From assembly GCA_017626015.1 (NCBI GenBank), contig JAGAJO010000004.1, positions 46,713 to 110,712 of the forward strand: a stretch of 64,000 nucleotides of DNA, in the 5' to 3' direction. Below, piece by piece: positions 24,948-34,227 of this stretch. How positions within the stretch are numbered: position 1 is the stretch's first letter; every line of letters starts with the position of its first letter. Below the pieces are notes generated by a model. The model was not told where the DNA came from, did no database searches, and saw only the letters and a list, made by a program, of their open reading frames with translations. This DNA comes from Ruminococcus sp. Lineage in GTDB: Bacteria > Bacillota > Clostridia > Oscillospirales > Ruminococcaceae. A program made the translations under genes and the position numbers.

Positions 24948-25824
24948 ACTTCTTATGCTGAGATTTAAAGATTACTCCCGTGACCTTGGGACCTGCGTTA
25001 ATGGTGATCGCAGCGCCTATCTGATAAAAATCTGCCGGAGGATAGCCCATTTTCCTTGTCATAGCCTGTGCCATTTCGTCACGGACGGAATCGTCGTTTC
25101 CGTAGACTATGCAGTAGGGCGTCTGAGGTATCATCTCGTTTGCGCAAAGCTCCAGTATCTTGGGAACTACTGCCTTGTCGCCCCTTACCTTGGACTCCGT
25201 GGTGATCTCGCCGTCCTGTATCCTCATTACGGGGCGCAATCCCATGACCTCCCCCACGAAAGCCGCTGCGGAGGGGATCCTTCCCGACTTTTTAGCGTAT
25301 TTAAGCGTATACGGCGCAAAGAAGATAACGCAGTTGTCTATCCAGTCCTGGATATAATCGGCGATCTCTCTTGCAGGTACTCCCTTCGCCGCCTTGATCG
25401 CCCCCTGCACCAGAGGATATCCGTATGCGCCGGTATAGCTGCGGCTGTCGATATTATAAATCGTAAACTCGCCGGCAGCCTCGGGGATCTCCTCATAAAA
25501 CTGCTTGGCAGCCATGACTGCATTGCCGTAGGTGGCTGAACCGTTTGAGTTGATAGTGACGTTGATAACGTCTGTATAATTATCGTAGTAAAGGTTCTTG
25601 AATATCTCAACATATTCATAGGCGGTTATCTGCGATGTGGCAGGGATACCGTCAAATTCATCTATCATTCTGTAAAATTCCCCATTGTCAAAATCCACCC
25701 TGCTGACATAGCTTTTTTCACCCATGGCGACCTTGAACGGAACCACCTGAATATCCAGCTTTTTCTCATTTTCATAAGTAATATCGCTGGCAGAGTCCGT
25801 CAGAAATTTGATCTTTGGCATCAA
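24946..25824 (-). CDS. DegV family fatty-acid-binding protein
   Basis: KIKFLTDSASDI N-terminus; length and pattern typical of DegV. Confidence 0.8.
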   Translation of the reverse strand: MMPKIKFLTDSASDITYENEKKLDIQVVPFKVAMGEKSYVSRVDFDNGEFYRMIDEFDGIPATSQITAYEYVEIFKNLYYDNYTDVINVTINSNGSATYGNAVMAAKQFYEEIPEAAGEFTIYNIDSRSYTGAYGYPLVQGAIKAAKGVPAREIADYIQDWIDNCVIFFAPYTLKYAKKSGRIPSAAAFVGEVMGLRPVMRIQDGEITTESKVRGDKAVVPKILELCANEMIPQTPYCIVYGNDDSVRDEMAQAMTRKMGYPPADFYQIGAAITINAGPKVTGVIFKSQHKK

Positions 25825-25873
25825 TAAAACTCCTTTCCTGTAATTGATTTTATAAAAGACTGATTAGCTTTGT

Positions 25874-26386
25874 CTAACATTTATCCTCCCAGGTATACTG
25901 AGTTAGCCTTCCCTCTCTGCCCAGATCGGGATAGTCCCACTGCCTTAAGATCTCATAGACCGCTATGGCAACGGAGTTTGAAAGATTGAGACTCCTCAGA
26001 TCGTTTCGCATAGGTATCCTCACACAGCTGTCCGGATTTTCGTACAGCAGCTTTTCGGGCAAGCCCTTGTCCTCACGTCCGAAAACTATGTAAACATCCT
26101 TGTCCCCGGGGTAGACCTCATCGGAATGTACCTTTCTGCCCTTGGTAGTGAAATAAAAATACTCCCCCGAGTTCTTACCGAAAAAGTCCTCAAGGCTTTC
26201 GTACTCGTAAATATCCAGCTTGTCCCAGTAATCAAGTCCCGCACGTTTGAGCTTTTTGTCGGTTATCTCAAATCCGTAGGGCTTTATAAGGTGCAGAGCC
26301 GCCCCCGTAACAGCGCAGGTGCGGGAAATATTTCCCGTATTCTGAGGTATCTGAGGCTCGACCAGCACTATATTTAATTTGTGCAT
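25874..26386 (-). CDS. trmL: tRNA (cytidine/uridine-2'-O)-methyltransferase TrmL (SpoU/TrmH family)
   Basis: IVLVEPQIPQNTGNISRTCA...LNLSNSVAIAVYE SPOUT motifs; 170 aa. Confidence 0.8.
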   Translation of the reverse strand: MHKLNIVLVEPQIPQNTGNISRTCAVTGAALHLIKPYGFEITDKKLKRAGLDYWDKLDIYEYESLEDFFGKNSGEYFYFTTKGRKVHSDEVYPGDKDVYIVFGREDKGLPEKLLYENPDSCVRIPMRNDLRSLNLSNSVAIAVYEILRQWDYPDLGREGRLTQYTWEDKC

Positions 26387-26460
26387 ATGATCATCACTCT
26401 ATTCCGGAAGATAAAAAGTTTATATTCTGACGACGGCGCAAAGCCAAGTCTGAATTATCC

Positions 26461-27318
26461 TTATAAATTTGTGTAATCCCCAAGCTCCTGATATCCTATG
26501 AGCCACGGGAGCTGACCCTCCAGCATAAGCCCTTCTGTCCACGGCTTCTGATAGCTGTATGTGGTCTTAACATTAAGCTCCGTAAAAGCCGACGCCCTGT
26601 TCATTGCGATAGGAAGGCTGTCTCCCTTAAGCACAGAACCGATAAGCACACTTGCGAACATATCCCCCGTACCTGAATAATGCGCAGGAACATAATCGTT
26701 CTTTATCTTCCAGAAGCTGCTGCTTTCCCTGTCGTAGCCAACGGTATACATTCCTCCGTCGGTAAGCATGACGCTGGTTATAACAACAATGCCCGCTCCC
26801 TGCTCCGAAAGCCTTACAAGCCACGATTTAGCCTCCGAACGTGTCATAGCGCCCGCAGGATAATCCTCCGAAAGAAGTATCGACGCCTCGGTAAGATTAG
26901 GCGTTATAATATCCGCTACAGCAACAAGCTCTCTCATTCGGGAGCAAAGCTCACGGGTATAGGTCTTGTACGCCTGTCCGTCGTCGCCCATTACCGGATC
27001 TACGACCTTGAGCGCATCGGGATACGCCGAGAAAAATTCCAGACAATGGTCTATCTGCTCGCTTGAAGCAAGAAAACCACTATAAATACAGTCAAAATCG
27101 GTATTCATTTTCTTATAATGCTCCAGCGCAGGAGCCATATAATCGGTCAGATCCCGTATTACAAATTCACTGTAGCCGGTATGGGCGGAAAGCACGGCAG
27201 TCGGCACAGGACAAACCTGAACTCCCATAGCGGACAACACGGGAATGATGACCGTCAGCGAACATCTTCCCAATCCCGAAATATCCTGTATTGCGGCAAC
27301 TCTCTTGCAGCCTGTCAT
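26461..27318 (-). CDS. pdxK: pyridoxal/pyridoxamine kinase
   Basis: AAIQDISGLGRCSLTVIIPVLSAMG...GTGDMFAS is the ribokinase-fold PdxK pattern. Confidence 0.8.
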   Translation of the reverse strand: MTGCKRVAAIQDISGLGRCSLTVIIPVLSAMGVQVCPVPTAVLSAHTGYSEFVIRDLTDYMAPALEHYKKMNTDFDCIYSGFLASSEQIDHCLEFFSAYPDALKVVDPVMGDDGQAYKTYTRELCSRMRELVAVADIITPNLTEASILLSEDYPAGAMTRSEAKSWLVRLSEQGAGIVVITSVMLTDGGMYTVGYDRESSSFWKIKNDYVPAHYSGTGDMFASVLIGSVLKGDSLPIAMNRASAFTELNVKTTYSYQKPWTEGLMLEGQLPWLIGYQELGDYTNL

Positions 27319-27635
27319 AATTATACCTTCTTTATAAAACTGATTACATTATTATACCATACTGAAATAATTTTTTCAATAGCCGCAATGATTTATTCAT
27401 CATTTTTTCATAATCAAAGCAAGATCTGTGTATATAATGCGAATATCTACGCATCAAGAGTATAATATTTTAACAATTACAAAAAACCTATTCTAATTTT
27501 GTTCAAAATATGTATTGAATTATTAATAATTGTGATTTATAATAGATAAGTAATGTTCAGGTCAGAATCCATATGCTGTTTTGCAGTCCGAATAAATTGA
27601 CAGCCTCAATGCAGGCGGGAAAAGAGTTTTATTTT

Positions 27636-28748
27636 ATGAGTAATGCAAATAACGCAAAATCAAAAACGACTAAAATACATAAAAGCGATGTAAATTTTTC
27701 GGCTTTTGAAAAAATAACTGAAAAAGAAGTGTATCAGATAGGATCGCTGAGCTGTCTGATAGGTCATATAGTATACTTTATCATATTTAATCTGCTTAAC
27801 GTCCCTGTCCTGGCAGGTTACAATATGTTCAGCATGATATTTTATGTTATGCTGACCTATATTCTGACAAAGGTCAAGCGCCGCAGTTCGTTTATTTTTG
27901 CCGCCCTGGCTGAAATAACCGTATTTGCCTGCCTGTCTATACGGTATGTCGGCTGGAACAAGGGCTTTGCGCTGTTTCTTATATTCATTCTACCCATACC
28001 GTTTTTCATGCCTCTTAAAAAGTTTTCGGTGCCGTATATTCTTTCAGCGGTGATAATCTCGATATTTACCGTCATGAAGACATACATGATGAATGTGGAG
28101 TCTTACTATACGTTCAGTGACTCTATAAACAACGCCATGTATCTGATGAACATATTTTTCGGCGCTTTTATTCTGATCTATATTTCATCAATATACATGG
28201 TAAACCGTGAAATGATGCATCTGAAAATAAAGGCGAAAAACGAAAGTCTCCAGAAGCTTGCCTCGGTCGATCCCCTTACTCAGCTGTTCAACAGAAGAGC
28301 TATGATGGATTTCCTTAAGATCATCCAGTCCTACAGCGAGGAAAGCGGAAATCCATATGTTATCGGACTTGGAGATATTGACGATTTCAAGCACATAAAC
28401 GACACCTATGGTCATTATGCAGGCGACGAGATTCTGAGAAATATATCGGAGATACTTACAGAATGCGTGCCGTCGGAGGGTTATGTCTGCCGCTGGGGCG
28501 GAGAAGAATTTTTGTTCGCTGTCCCCTCCGCAAACTGTGAAGCAGGTAAAAGGATCGCTGAGAATATTATTGAAAAGCTCAGAAGCAAACAGTTCACGAT
28601 AGACGAACAGAAGATAACCGCAACAATGACAATAGGCATATGCGAAGTCGCTGCGGGAGATGATTTTGAAAAACACATTATAATTGCAGACAACAGACTT
28701 TACGCAGGTAAGCACAACGGAAAAAATCAGGTAGTCACCAAAGACTGA
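27636..28748 (+). CDS. membrane-anchored diguanylate cyclase (GGDEF domain)
   Basis: Active-site GGEEF in RWGGEEFLF. DPLTQLFNRRAM precedes it. About 6 N-terminal TM helices. Start uncertain (27573 or ATG 27636). Confidence 0.8.
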   Translation: MSNANNAKSKTTKIHKSDVNFSAFEKITEKEVYQIGSLSCLIGHIVYFIIFNLLNVPVLAGYNMFSMIFYVMLTYILTKVKRRSSFIFAALAEITVFACLSIRYVGWNKGFALFLIFILPIPFFMPLKKFSVPYILSAVIISIFTVMKTYMMNVESYYTFSDSINNAMYLMNIFFGAFILIYISSIYMVNREMMHLKIKAKNESLQKLASVDPLTQLFNRRAMMDFLKIIQSYSEESGNPYVIGLGDIDDFKHINDTYGHYAGDEILRNISEILTECVPSEGYVCRWGGEEFLFAVPSANCEAGKRIAENIIEKLRSKQFTIDEQKITATMTIGICEVAAGDDFEKHIIIADNRLYAGKHNGKNQVVTKD

Positions 28749-28767
28749 AAAAGCCATTAAAAACATC

Positions 28768-28802
28768 AGCGGTCCGCCGTTTATACGGCAGACCGCTTTT
28801 TA
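28768..28802. terminator. terminator between the convergent GGDEF gene and galE
   Basis: AGCGGTCCGCCGT-ttat-ACGGCAGACCGCT followed by TTTTT. Confidence 0.65.
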
Positions 28803-28874
28803 TTGTATCTGTTTGGTTTTTCCGTTCTCCGCTGTGATAGGGGACGGACCGCCGGTCCACGGCTATGGAAATCC

Positions 28875-29885
28875 TTACAGTCCGTTAGGGTTGTTTTTAA
28901 TAAAATTCCAGCTGCTTGCCGTCATTTCATCAAGAGTAAGCGTTGCCTCCCAGCCGAAAACCCTCTTTGCCTTTCCGGGATCTGCATAGCAGGTAGCTAT
29001 ATCTCCCGCTCTTCTTGGCATGATCTCATAGGGCAGCTCACGTCCGCACGCCTTTTCAAAGCTGTGCAGCACATCGAATACAGACGAACCCTTTCCCGTG
29101 CCGAGGTTTACTGCGTCGCAGCCGGTATTTTCCATAACATATTTAAGAGCGCAGAGATGTCCCTTTGCAAGATCCACAACGTGTATGTAATCTCTTACTC
29201 CCGTTCCGTCAGGGGTATCGTAGTCGTCTCCGAACACGCCCAGTCTCTCCAGCTTGCCCACAGCTACCTGACAGATGTACGGCAGAAGATTGTTCGGGAT
29301 ACCGTTGGGATCCTCGCCTATAAGCCCGCTCTCGTGAGCGCCTATGGGGTTAAAGTATCTCAGCAGCGATACGCTCCAGTCCTTTTCGGCAACGCAGACA
29401 TCCCTGAGGATCTGTTCGATCATGACCTTTGTATAGCCGTAAGGATTTGTCGCCGAGGTAGGCATATCCTCAGTATAAGGCGCCTTGTTCACAGGTCCGT
29501 AAACTGTCGCCGATGAAGAAAACACTATCCTGCGGCATCCGTATTTTCTCATAGCACGGATAAGATTAAGGGTACCGGTGATATTGTTGTGATAGTATTC
29601 AACTGGCTTTGCTACCGATTCTCCCACCGCCTTGAGTCCGGCAAAATGAATAACAGCGTCAATATTATTCTCCTCAAAAATTTTTTCGGTCGCCGGCAGA
29701 TCCAGCATATCCGCCTGATAAAAGCCGAATTCCTTTCCGGTGATCTTCCTGATCCTGTTAAGCGCCTCCGGTTTAGAGTTGGAAAAGTTATCCATAACAA
29801 CTACGTCATATCCTGCATTGAGCAGTTCAACACAGGTATGGCTTCCGATAAAGCCCGCTCCTCCGGTCACCAAAATTGTAGACAT
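28875..29885 (-). CDS. galE: UDP-glucose 4-epimerase
   Basis: ILVTGGAGFIGSH Rossmann motif, YGYTK catalytic motif; 336 aa. Confidence 0.9.
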   Translation of the reverse strand: MSTILVTGGAGFIGSHTCVELLNAGYDVVVMDNFSNSKPEALNRIRKITGKEFGFYQADMLDLPATEKIFEENNIDAVIHFAGLKAVGESVAKPVEYYHNNITGTLNLIRAMRKYGCRRIVFSSSATVYGPVNKAPYTEDMPTSATNPYGYTKVMIEQILRDVCVAEKDWSVSLLRYFNPIGAHESGLIGEDPNGIPNNLLPYICQVAVGKLERLGVFGDDYDTPDGTGVRDYIHVVDLAKGHLCALKYVMENTGCDAVNLGTGKGSSVFDVLHSFEKACGRELPYEIMPRRAGDIATCYADPGKAKRVFGWEATLTLDEMTASSWNFIKNNPNGL

Positions 29886-30148
29886 AAAATCATTCCTTTC
29901 AGGCAGTCACACAGTCCTGCCGCTTTATATGATTATATTATAACATATCCTCCGAAAAATGCAAGAGCAAAAATATTTTTTCTCCTCCTTCGCAGAATAG
30001 GGAACGGACGTGAAAAAGGGAATACAGATCGCCGGCTTAAAGCATTGTAACCTTTTGATTTATTGGTAAAAAAAATTTCCGCCGTAATAACAAGTACATT
30101 GTTAACAAATTTTTTCACAATATTTGTTGGATATTTTCACTATTAATA

Positions 30149-30177
30149 TTGACAATCCGTTTCAAATATTGTATAAT
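30149..30177 (+). promoter_or_regulatory. perfect consensus sigma-A promoter (TTGACA-17-TATAAT)
   Basis: TTGACA at 30149-30154 and TATAAT at 30172-30177; about 115 nt upstream of the 435-aa ORF. Confidence 0.6.
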
Positions 30178-30292
30178 ATAATAAGGTTACGATACTTGCC
30201 AAGTATGCTGAGCGGTTTGACAGATTATAGGCAGTTTGCCGCAGATCCAGCAATCGTAAAGATAATTTCTTATTTGGAAGGACTGAGTTTAA

Positions 30293-31600
30293 TTGGCAAA
30301 AAAGAGTGAAAGTACAAACGAAAAAATTGTTCGTCTGTACAAGGAAGGACACAATTTTGATGAGATCGCAAGAACTATGGCGATCCCCAGAGAGCATATA
30401 CCGAAGATAATTGAAAAATATATGCCCGATTATGAGACATATGTCCAGCCCGAGATCCATCATGAGCCTGAACCGGAGGAGAAGCATAAAAAGGGACTTA
30501 TAAGCAACATTGCCAAAACAAACGTGTCTACCCTTATCAAGAGAGGTAAAAAGGCTTCCGAAGAGACTGAGGCGGATGCACAGCCGGCTATCAACCTTGA
30601 AATGGACGAAAACGGCTTTGTGGACAGAACTGTCGCAGGGATCGCACAGATGCTTAAAAAGGGACGTTCCGCAGCTGACGTTGCTGAGTTTTTCAACCGT
30701 GAAAAATCGGAAATAAAGGCTGTTGAGGAATGCATGGGAGAGCATTTCAGCCGTATGGAAAAGGCTGAAGCGGCTGCCGAACGCAAAAAGGCAGAAACTG
30801 CAAGCGCAAATAAAGCCGAAGAAGAAAAGCGTCCCACAGTTCGGACAAACGAATTTGCAACGGGACTTGAGGCTCCGAAAACGGAAAAGGCGCCCAGACC
30901 CAAATATACTCCTCCTACATATTCAAAGAGGAACGATCCGAAGCCTGTTTCCGCAAGCTACGGTCTTGCTTCGGATATTACTCCGGCGCCTGAGATCAAG
31001 CCGGCAGAACCGGTATCCTTGCTCTCACAGCCCGAACCTACAAAAAATATAAATCTTGTGGCTGAATCCACAGCTCCGGAAAAGCCGCACGAGGTAAAGC
31101 TTGTTCCCGATGATGCAGATTTCACCAGAACGGAAAGTAAACCGAAGCCGTCGGTAAAGCTTACCGACGATATACCCGAGATGCCGTCAATAGAACCGAT
31201 CAGCCTTGACGTGCTGGATAAGGAGCTTGCAGTAAAAGCTGCTGATCCTGTACCGGAAATTCCCGATATAGGATACGATAAATCTTCGGCAAGCGCCGAT
31301 AATAAGGAGGAGAATTCCGGTATGAGCCCAATGGAAAAAATGAAGCAGTTCGCTCAGGAGCAGATCGCTCTCAACAATCAGAAGATCGAGGAGCTTAAGA
31401 CCAAGAAGGTGGACGCTGAAAACAATGCCTTCGACTGCAACACAAAGGTCGAGGCTATGAAAAAACAGATCGAGGATATGCAGGCGCAGCTTCTTGTTCT
31501 TATTGACGAAAAGAACAAGGCAGGCGAGATCGTAAGCGGTATCAACGACGAGATCGAAAGCATCAATCAGGAGAACGTTGAATTCGGCAATTACCTTTAA
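30293..31600 (+). CDS. double-HTH / Pro-Glu-Lys-rich disordered / C-terminal coiled-coil protein, unknown function
   Basis: Two HTH-like segments: IVRLYKEGHNFDEIARTMAIPREHIPKII and IAQMLKKGRSAADVAEFFNREKSEIKAV. Then about 200 low-complexity residues and a heptad-like tail (MEKMKQFAQEQIALNNQKIEELK...). TTG start at 30293; ATG at residue 29 is an alternative. Confidence 0.55.
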   Translation: MAKKSESTNEKIVRLYKEGHNFDEIARTMAIPREHIPKIIEKYMPDYETYVQPEIHHEPEPEEKHKKGLISNIAKTNVSTLIKRGKKASEETEADAQPAINLEMDENGFVDRTVAGIAQMLKKGRSAADVAEFFNREKSEIKAVEECMGEHFSRMEKAEAAAERKKAETASANKAEEEKRPTVRTNEFATGLEAPKTEKAPRPKYTPPTYSKRNDPKPVSASYGLASDITPAPEIKPAEPVSLLSQPEPTKNINLVAESTAPEKPHEVKLVPDDADFTRTESKPKPSVKLTDDIPEMPSIEPISLDVLDKELAVKAADPVPEIPDIGYDKSSASADNKEENSGMSPMEKMKQFAQEQIALNNQKIEELKTKKVDAENNAFDCNTKVEAMKKQIEDMQAQLLVLIDEKNKAGEIVSGINDEIESINQENVEFGNYL

Positions 31601-31614
31601 TTTTCAGCTGAAAA

Positions 31615-31646
31615 CGGCGCACACTGCAAATATGCGGTGTGCGCCG
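31615..31646. terminator. bidirectional terminator
   Basis: 10-bp stem CGGCGCACAC/GTGTGCGCCG between convergent genes; A-rich on the left and T-rich on the right. Confidence 0.6.
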
Positions 31647-31649
31647 AAT

Positions 31650-32156
31650 TTATTGGATAAGCTCTTTTATTTCCTCTTTGAGCCGCTCTGCGTCGTCTGA
31701 AATTATCAGCACCCAGTAATCTCCGGCGCTGAATATTTCCGCCGAATTTATTTTCTGCATTTCCTCCGGCTTGTAGCTCTCAAAGGTACTGCTGCGGGAC
31801 TGAAGCCTGTCATGCAGGATCTCCTCGCCCTTCTGCGGATCTTCTGTCTTTATCATGGAGATCTCGTCGGCGTTTCCTCCGCCGGACGAAAAAATGCTCC
31901 CTCCGTCTGAAATTTCGTCAGACGGTACCGAATACAGCTTTTCGCAGAATTTTTCAAATTTCTCTTCTCCGTAAAAAACGGAATCGTCCATAAGCTCCTC
32001 GTCGATCTGAGTAAGTACGTCCTTTGCGGTAACGCTTTCCTCCGATATGACGGAGGACACACCGCCGTTTTCCGACGAACAGCCGCCAAGAAGCATTCCG
32101 ATCATGACCGCTGCGGCGGCAGTGGTCAGCACAAATATCGATCTGAGTAAAACCAT
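31650..32156 (-). CDS. lipoprotein, unknown function
   Basis: Signal peptide with lipobox LLGGCSS; 168 aa. Confidence 0.6.
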   Translation of the reverse strand: MVLLRSIFVLTTAAAAVMIGMLLGGCSSENGGVSSVISEESVTAKDVLTQIDEELMDDSVFYGEEKFEKFCEKLYSVPSDEISDGGSIFSSGGGNADEISMIKTEDPQKGEEILHDRLQSRSSTFESYKPEEMQKINSAEIFSAGDYWVLIISDDAERLKEEIKELIQ

Positions 32157-32213
32157 AGCAATATCCCTTTCCCGAACGTTTGCGTCAATACCCGTAAGCT
32201 CCCCTTCCGGACA

Positions 32214-33809
32214 TTACTGAAGCGCGCCCCTGTTGAACTCGGAAAGCTCCAGCCCCTCGTTCTTTTCAAGCGCCCAGCGTATATTCCACTCGCTGGTGAA
32301 AAGCAGCAGATAATTTCCCTTGAAGTCCTTTACAAGCTTGGTATCGCTGGAAAGCTTAAGCTTTTTGGGGTCTATATCCTTATTGTCTATCCAACGGATA
32401 TATGAATAGGAAAGACCCTCCTTGAAAAGCTCAACATTATATTCGTTTTTCATGCGGTACTCGAACACCTCAAGCTGAAGCACTCCCACAACGCCTACAA
32501 TGACCTCCTCCATACCGGTATCCGGTTCCTGGAATATCTGTATTGCGCCCTCCTGTGCGATCTGGGTAGCGCCCTTTACAAATTGCTTGCGCTTAAGGGT
32601 ATCCTTCTGGCGGACTCTCATAAAATGCTCCGGCGCAAAGGTCGGTATAGGCTCGAACTCAAACTTCCGTTTCGGAGAGCATATAGTGTCGCCTATGGCA
32701 AAAATACCCGGATCAAACACGCCGATAATATCCCCTGCATACGCTTCGTCAATGATCTCACGTTCCTGCGCCATGATCTGCTGGGGCTGGGAGAGTCTCA
32801 TCTTTTTTCCGCCCTGAACATGGAGAACGTCCATTTCCTTGTCAAATTTTCCCGAGCATACTCTGAGAAAGGTTATCCTGTCTCTGTGCGCCTTATTCAT
32901 GTTCGCCTGTATTTTGAAAACAAAGGCTGAAAAATCCTCGTCAAACGGGTCGATTATGCCTTCGCTGGACATTCTGGGCGTAGGCGAGGTAGTCATCTCC
33001 AGAAATCTTTCCAGAAAAGGCTCTACGCCGAAATTTGTAAGCGCCGATCCGAAAAATACAGGGGAAAGCTCACCTCTGCGCACCTTTTCAAGGTCGAACT
33101 CGTAGCTTGCGCCGTCCAGCAGCTCAATGTCGTCGGCAAGAGTTTCATGAAGATCGCTGCCGATGATATCGTCCAGAGACGGATCGCTGAGATCTGCCTC
33201 AGTTGCCGAGACCTTATGATTTCCGCCGCTTGCCTCAAAGGATATGATATGCTTTTTCTCTCTGTCGAAAACTCCCTTGAATTCCTTTCCGCATCCGATA
33301 GGCCAGTTTACGGGATAGGTCTGTATGCCCAGCTCCGACTCTATCTGCTCCATAAGATCAAAGGGATTTCTGGCTTCCCTGTCCATTTTATTTATAAAGG
33401 TAAAAATAGGTATATGGCGCATGACGCAGACCTTGAAAAGCTTTCTGGTCTGGTTTTCCACGCCCTTTGAAGCGTCAATGACCATTACCGCAGAGTCCGC
33501 CGCCATGAGGGTGCGGTAGGTATCCTCGGAAAAGTCCTGATGTCCGGGAGTATCAAGGATATTTATACAATAATTGTTATACTGAAACTGCATGACCGAC
33601 GACGTAACGGAAATTCCCCTCTGCTTCTCGATCTCCATCCAGTCGGAAACTGCGTGACGGGAATTTTTCTTTCCCTTTACCGCTCCCGCCTGAGCGATAG
33701 CTCCTCCGTAAAGCAGAAATTTTTCCGTCAAAGTAGTTTTACCTGCGTCAGGGTGAGAAATAATCGCAAAGGTCCTGCGTCTTCTGATCTCGTCCTGCAA
33801 AGTACTCAA
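32214..33809 (-). CDS. prfC: peptide chain release factor 3
   Basis: RRRTFAIISHPDAGKTTLTEK, DTPGHQDF, NKMD GTPase motifs; 531 aa. Confidence 0.95.
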   Translation of the reverse strand: MSTLQDEIRRRRTFAIISHPDAGKTTLTEKFLLYGGAIAQAGAVKGKKNSRHAVSDWMEIEKQRGISVTSSVMQFQYNNYCINILDTPGHQDFSEDTYRTLMAADSAVMVIDASKGVENQTRKLFKVCVMRHIPIFTFINKMDREARNPFDLMEQIESELGIQTYPVNWPIGCGKEFKGVFDREKKHIISFEASGGNHKVSATEADLSDPSLDDIIGSDLHETLADDIELLDGASYEFDLEKVRRGELSPVFFGSALTNFGVEPFLERFLEMTTSPTPRMSSEGIIDPFDEDFSAFVFKIQANMNKAHRDRITFLRVCSGKFDKEMDVLHVQGGKKMRLSQPQQIMAQEREIIDEAYAGDIIGVFDPGIFAIGDTICSPKRKFEFEPIPTFAPEHFMRVRQKDTLKRKQFVKGATQIAQEGAIQIFQEPDTGMEEVIVGVVGVLQLEVFEYRMKNEYNVELFKEGLSYSYIRWIDNKDIDPKKLKLSSDTKLVKDFKGNYLLLFTSEWNIRWALEKNEGLELSEFNRGALQ

Positions 33810-34128
33810 TTCAAGCCCTCCATTTATAAGTCAATTTACAATATACCATAATATTATAACATATTTCCAATGACTTTGCAAGCACTTTGAAGCATTTTCC
33901 ACGGAAATCAATTTTTACGATCAAACATTTTAATTACAGCAAAATATCATAACTTTGTCCGGAATATAGAAAAACAAAAATATACAAAAATTTTGTTCGG
34001 TATTTTGCAAATCGATTTCCGTGAGCATTTTCACGCACGCATATCAAAAAAGCTTTTTATCTATACGTTACCGTCTTCGGCAGGTCGTTTCAAAGTATAA
34101 AATTTTTGTCTATTTTCATATAATATTC

Positions 34129-34157
34129 TTGAAATACGTCTCATAACGTGATATAAT
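34129..34157 (+). promoter_or_regulatory. phosphoketolase promoter (TTGAAA-17-TATAAT)
   Basis: -35 at 34129-34134 and -10 at 34152-34157; about 70 nt upstream of the start codon. Confidence 0.55.
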
Positions 34158-34164
34158 CATATTG

Positions 34165-34178
34165 TGAAAACGTTTTCC
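34165..34178 (+). promoter_or_regulatory. cre-like / LacI-family operator palindrome TGAAAACGTTTTCC
   Basis: Perfect 12-bp palindrome GAAAACGTTTTC at 34166-34177, starting 9 nt after the -10. It fits the cre core TGNAANCGNWNNC. Confidence 0.55.
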
Positions 34179-34227
34179 CACATATCGGGAAGATACGTTT
34201 TCGGGACAAAAATATGGAGGTATGATA

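Noticed and set aside
28188-29516. ORFs 28188-28766 (minus) and 28803-29516 (plus)
   Set aside because: They are antisense to the GGDEF cyclase gene and to galE respectively, and no motifs were found.
30143-30745. 200-aa minus-strand ORF overlapping the consensus promoter and the 5' part of the 435-aa gene
   Set aside because: It is antisense to the better-supported plus-strand ORF and runs straight through its promoter. Composition is Cys/Leu/Phe/Ser-rich and there is no RBS.
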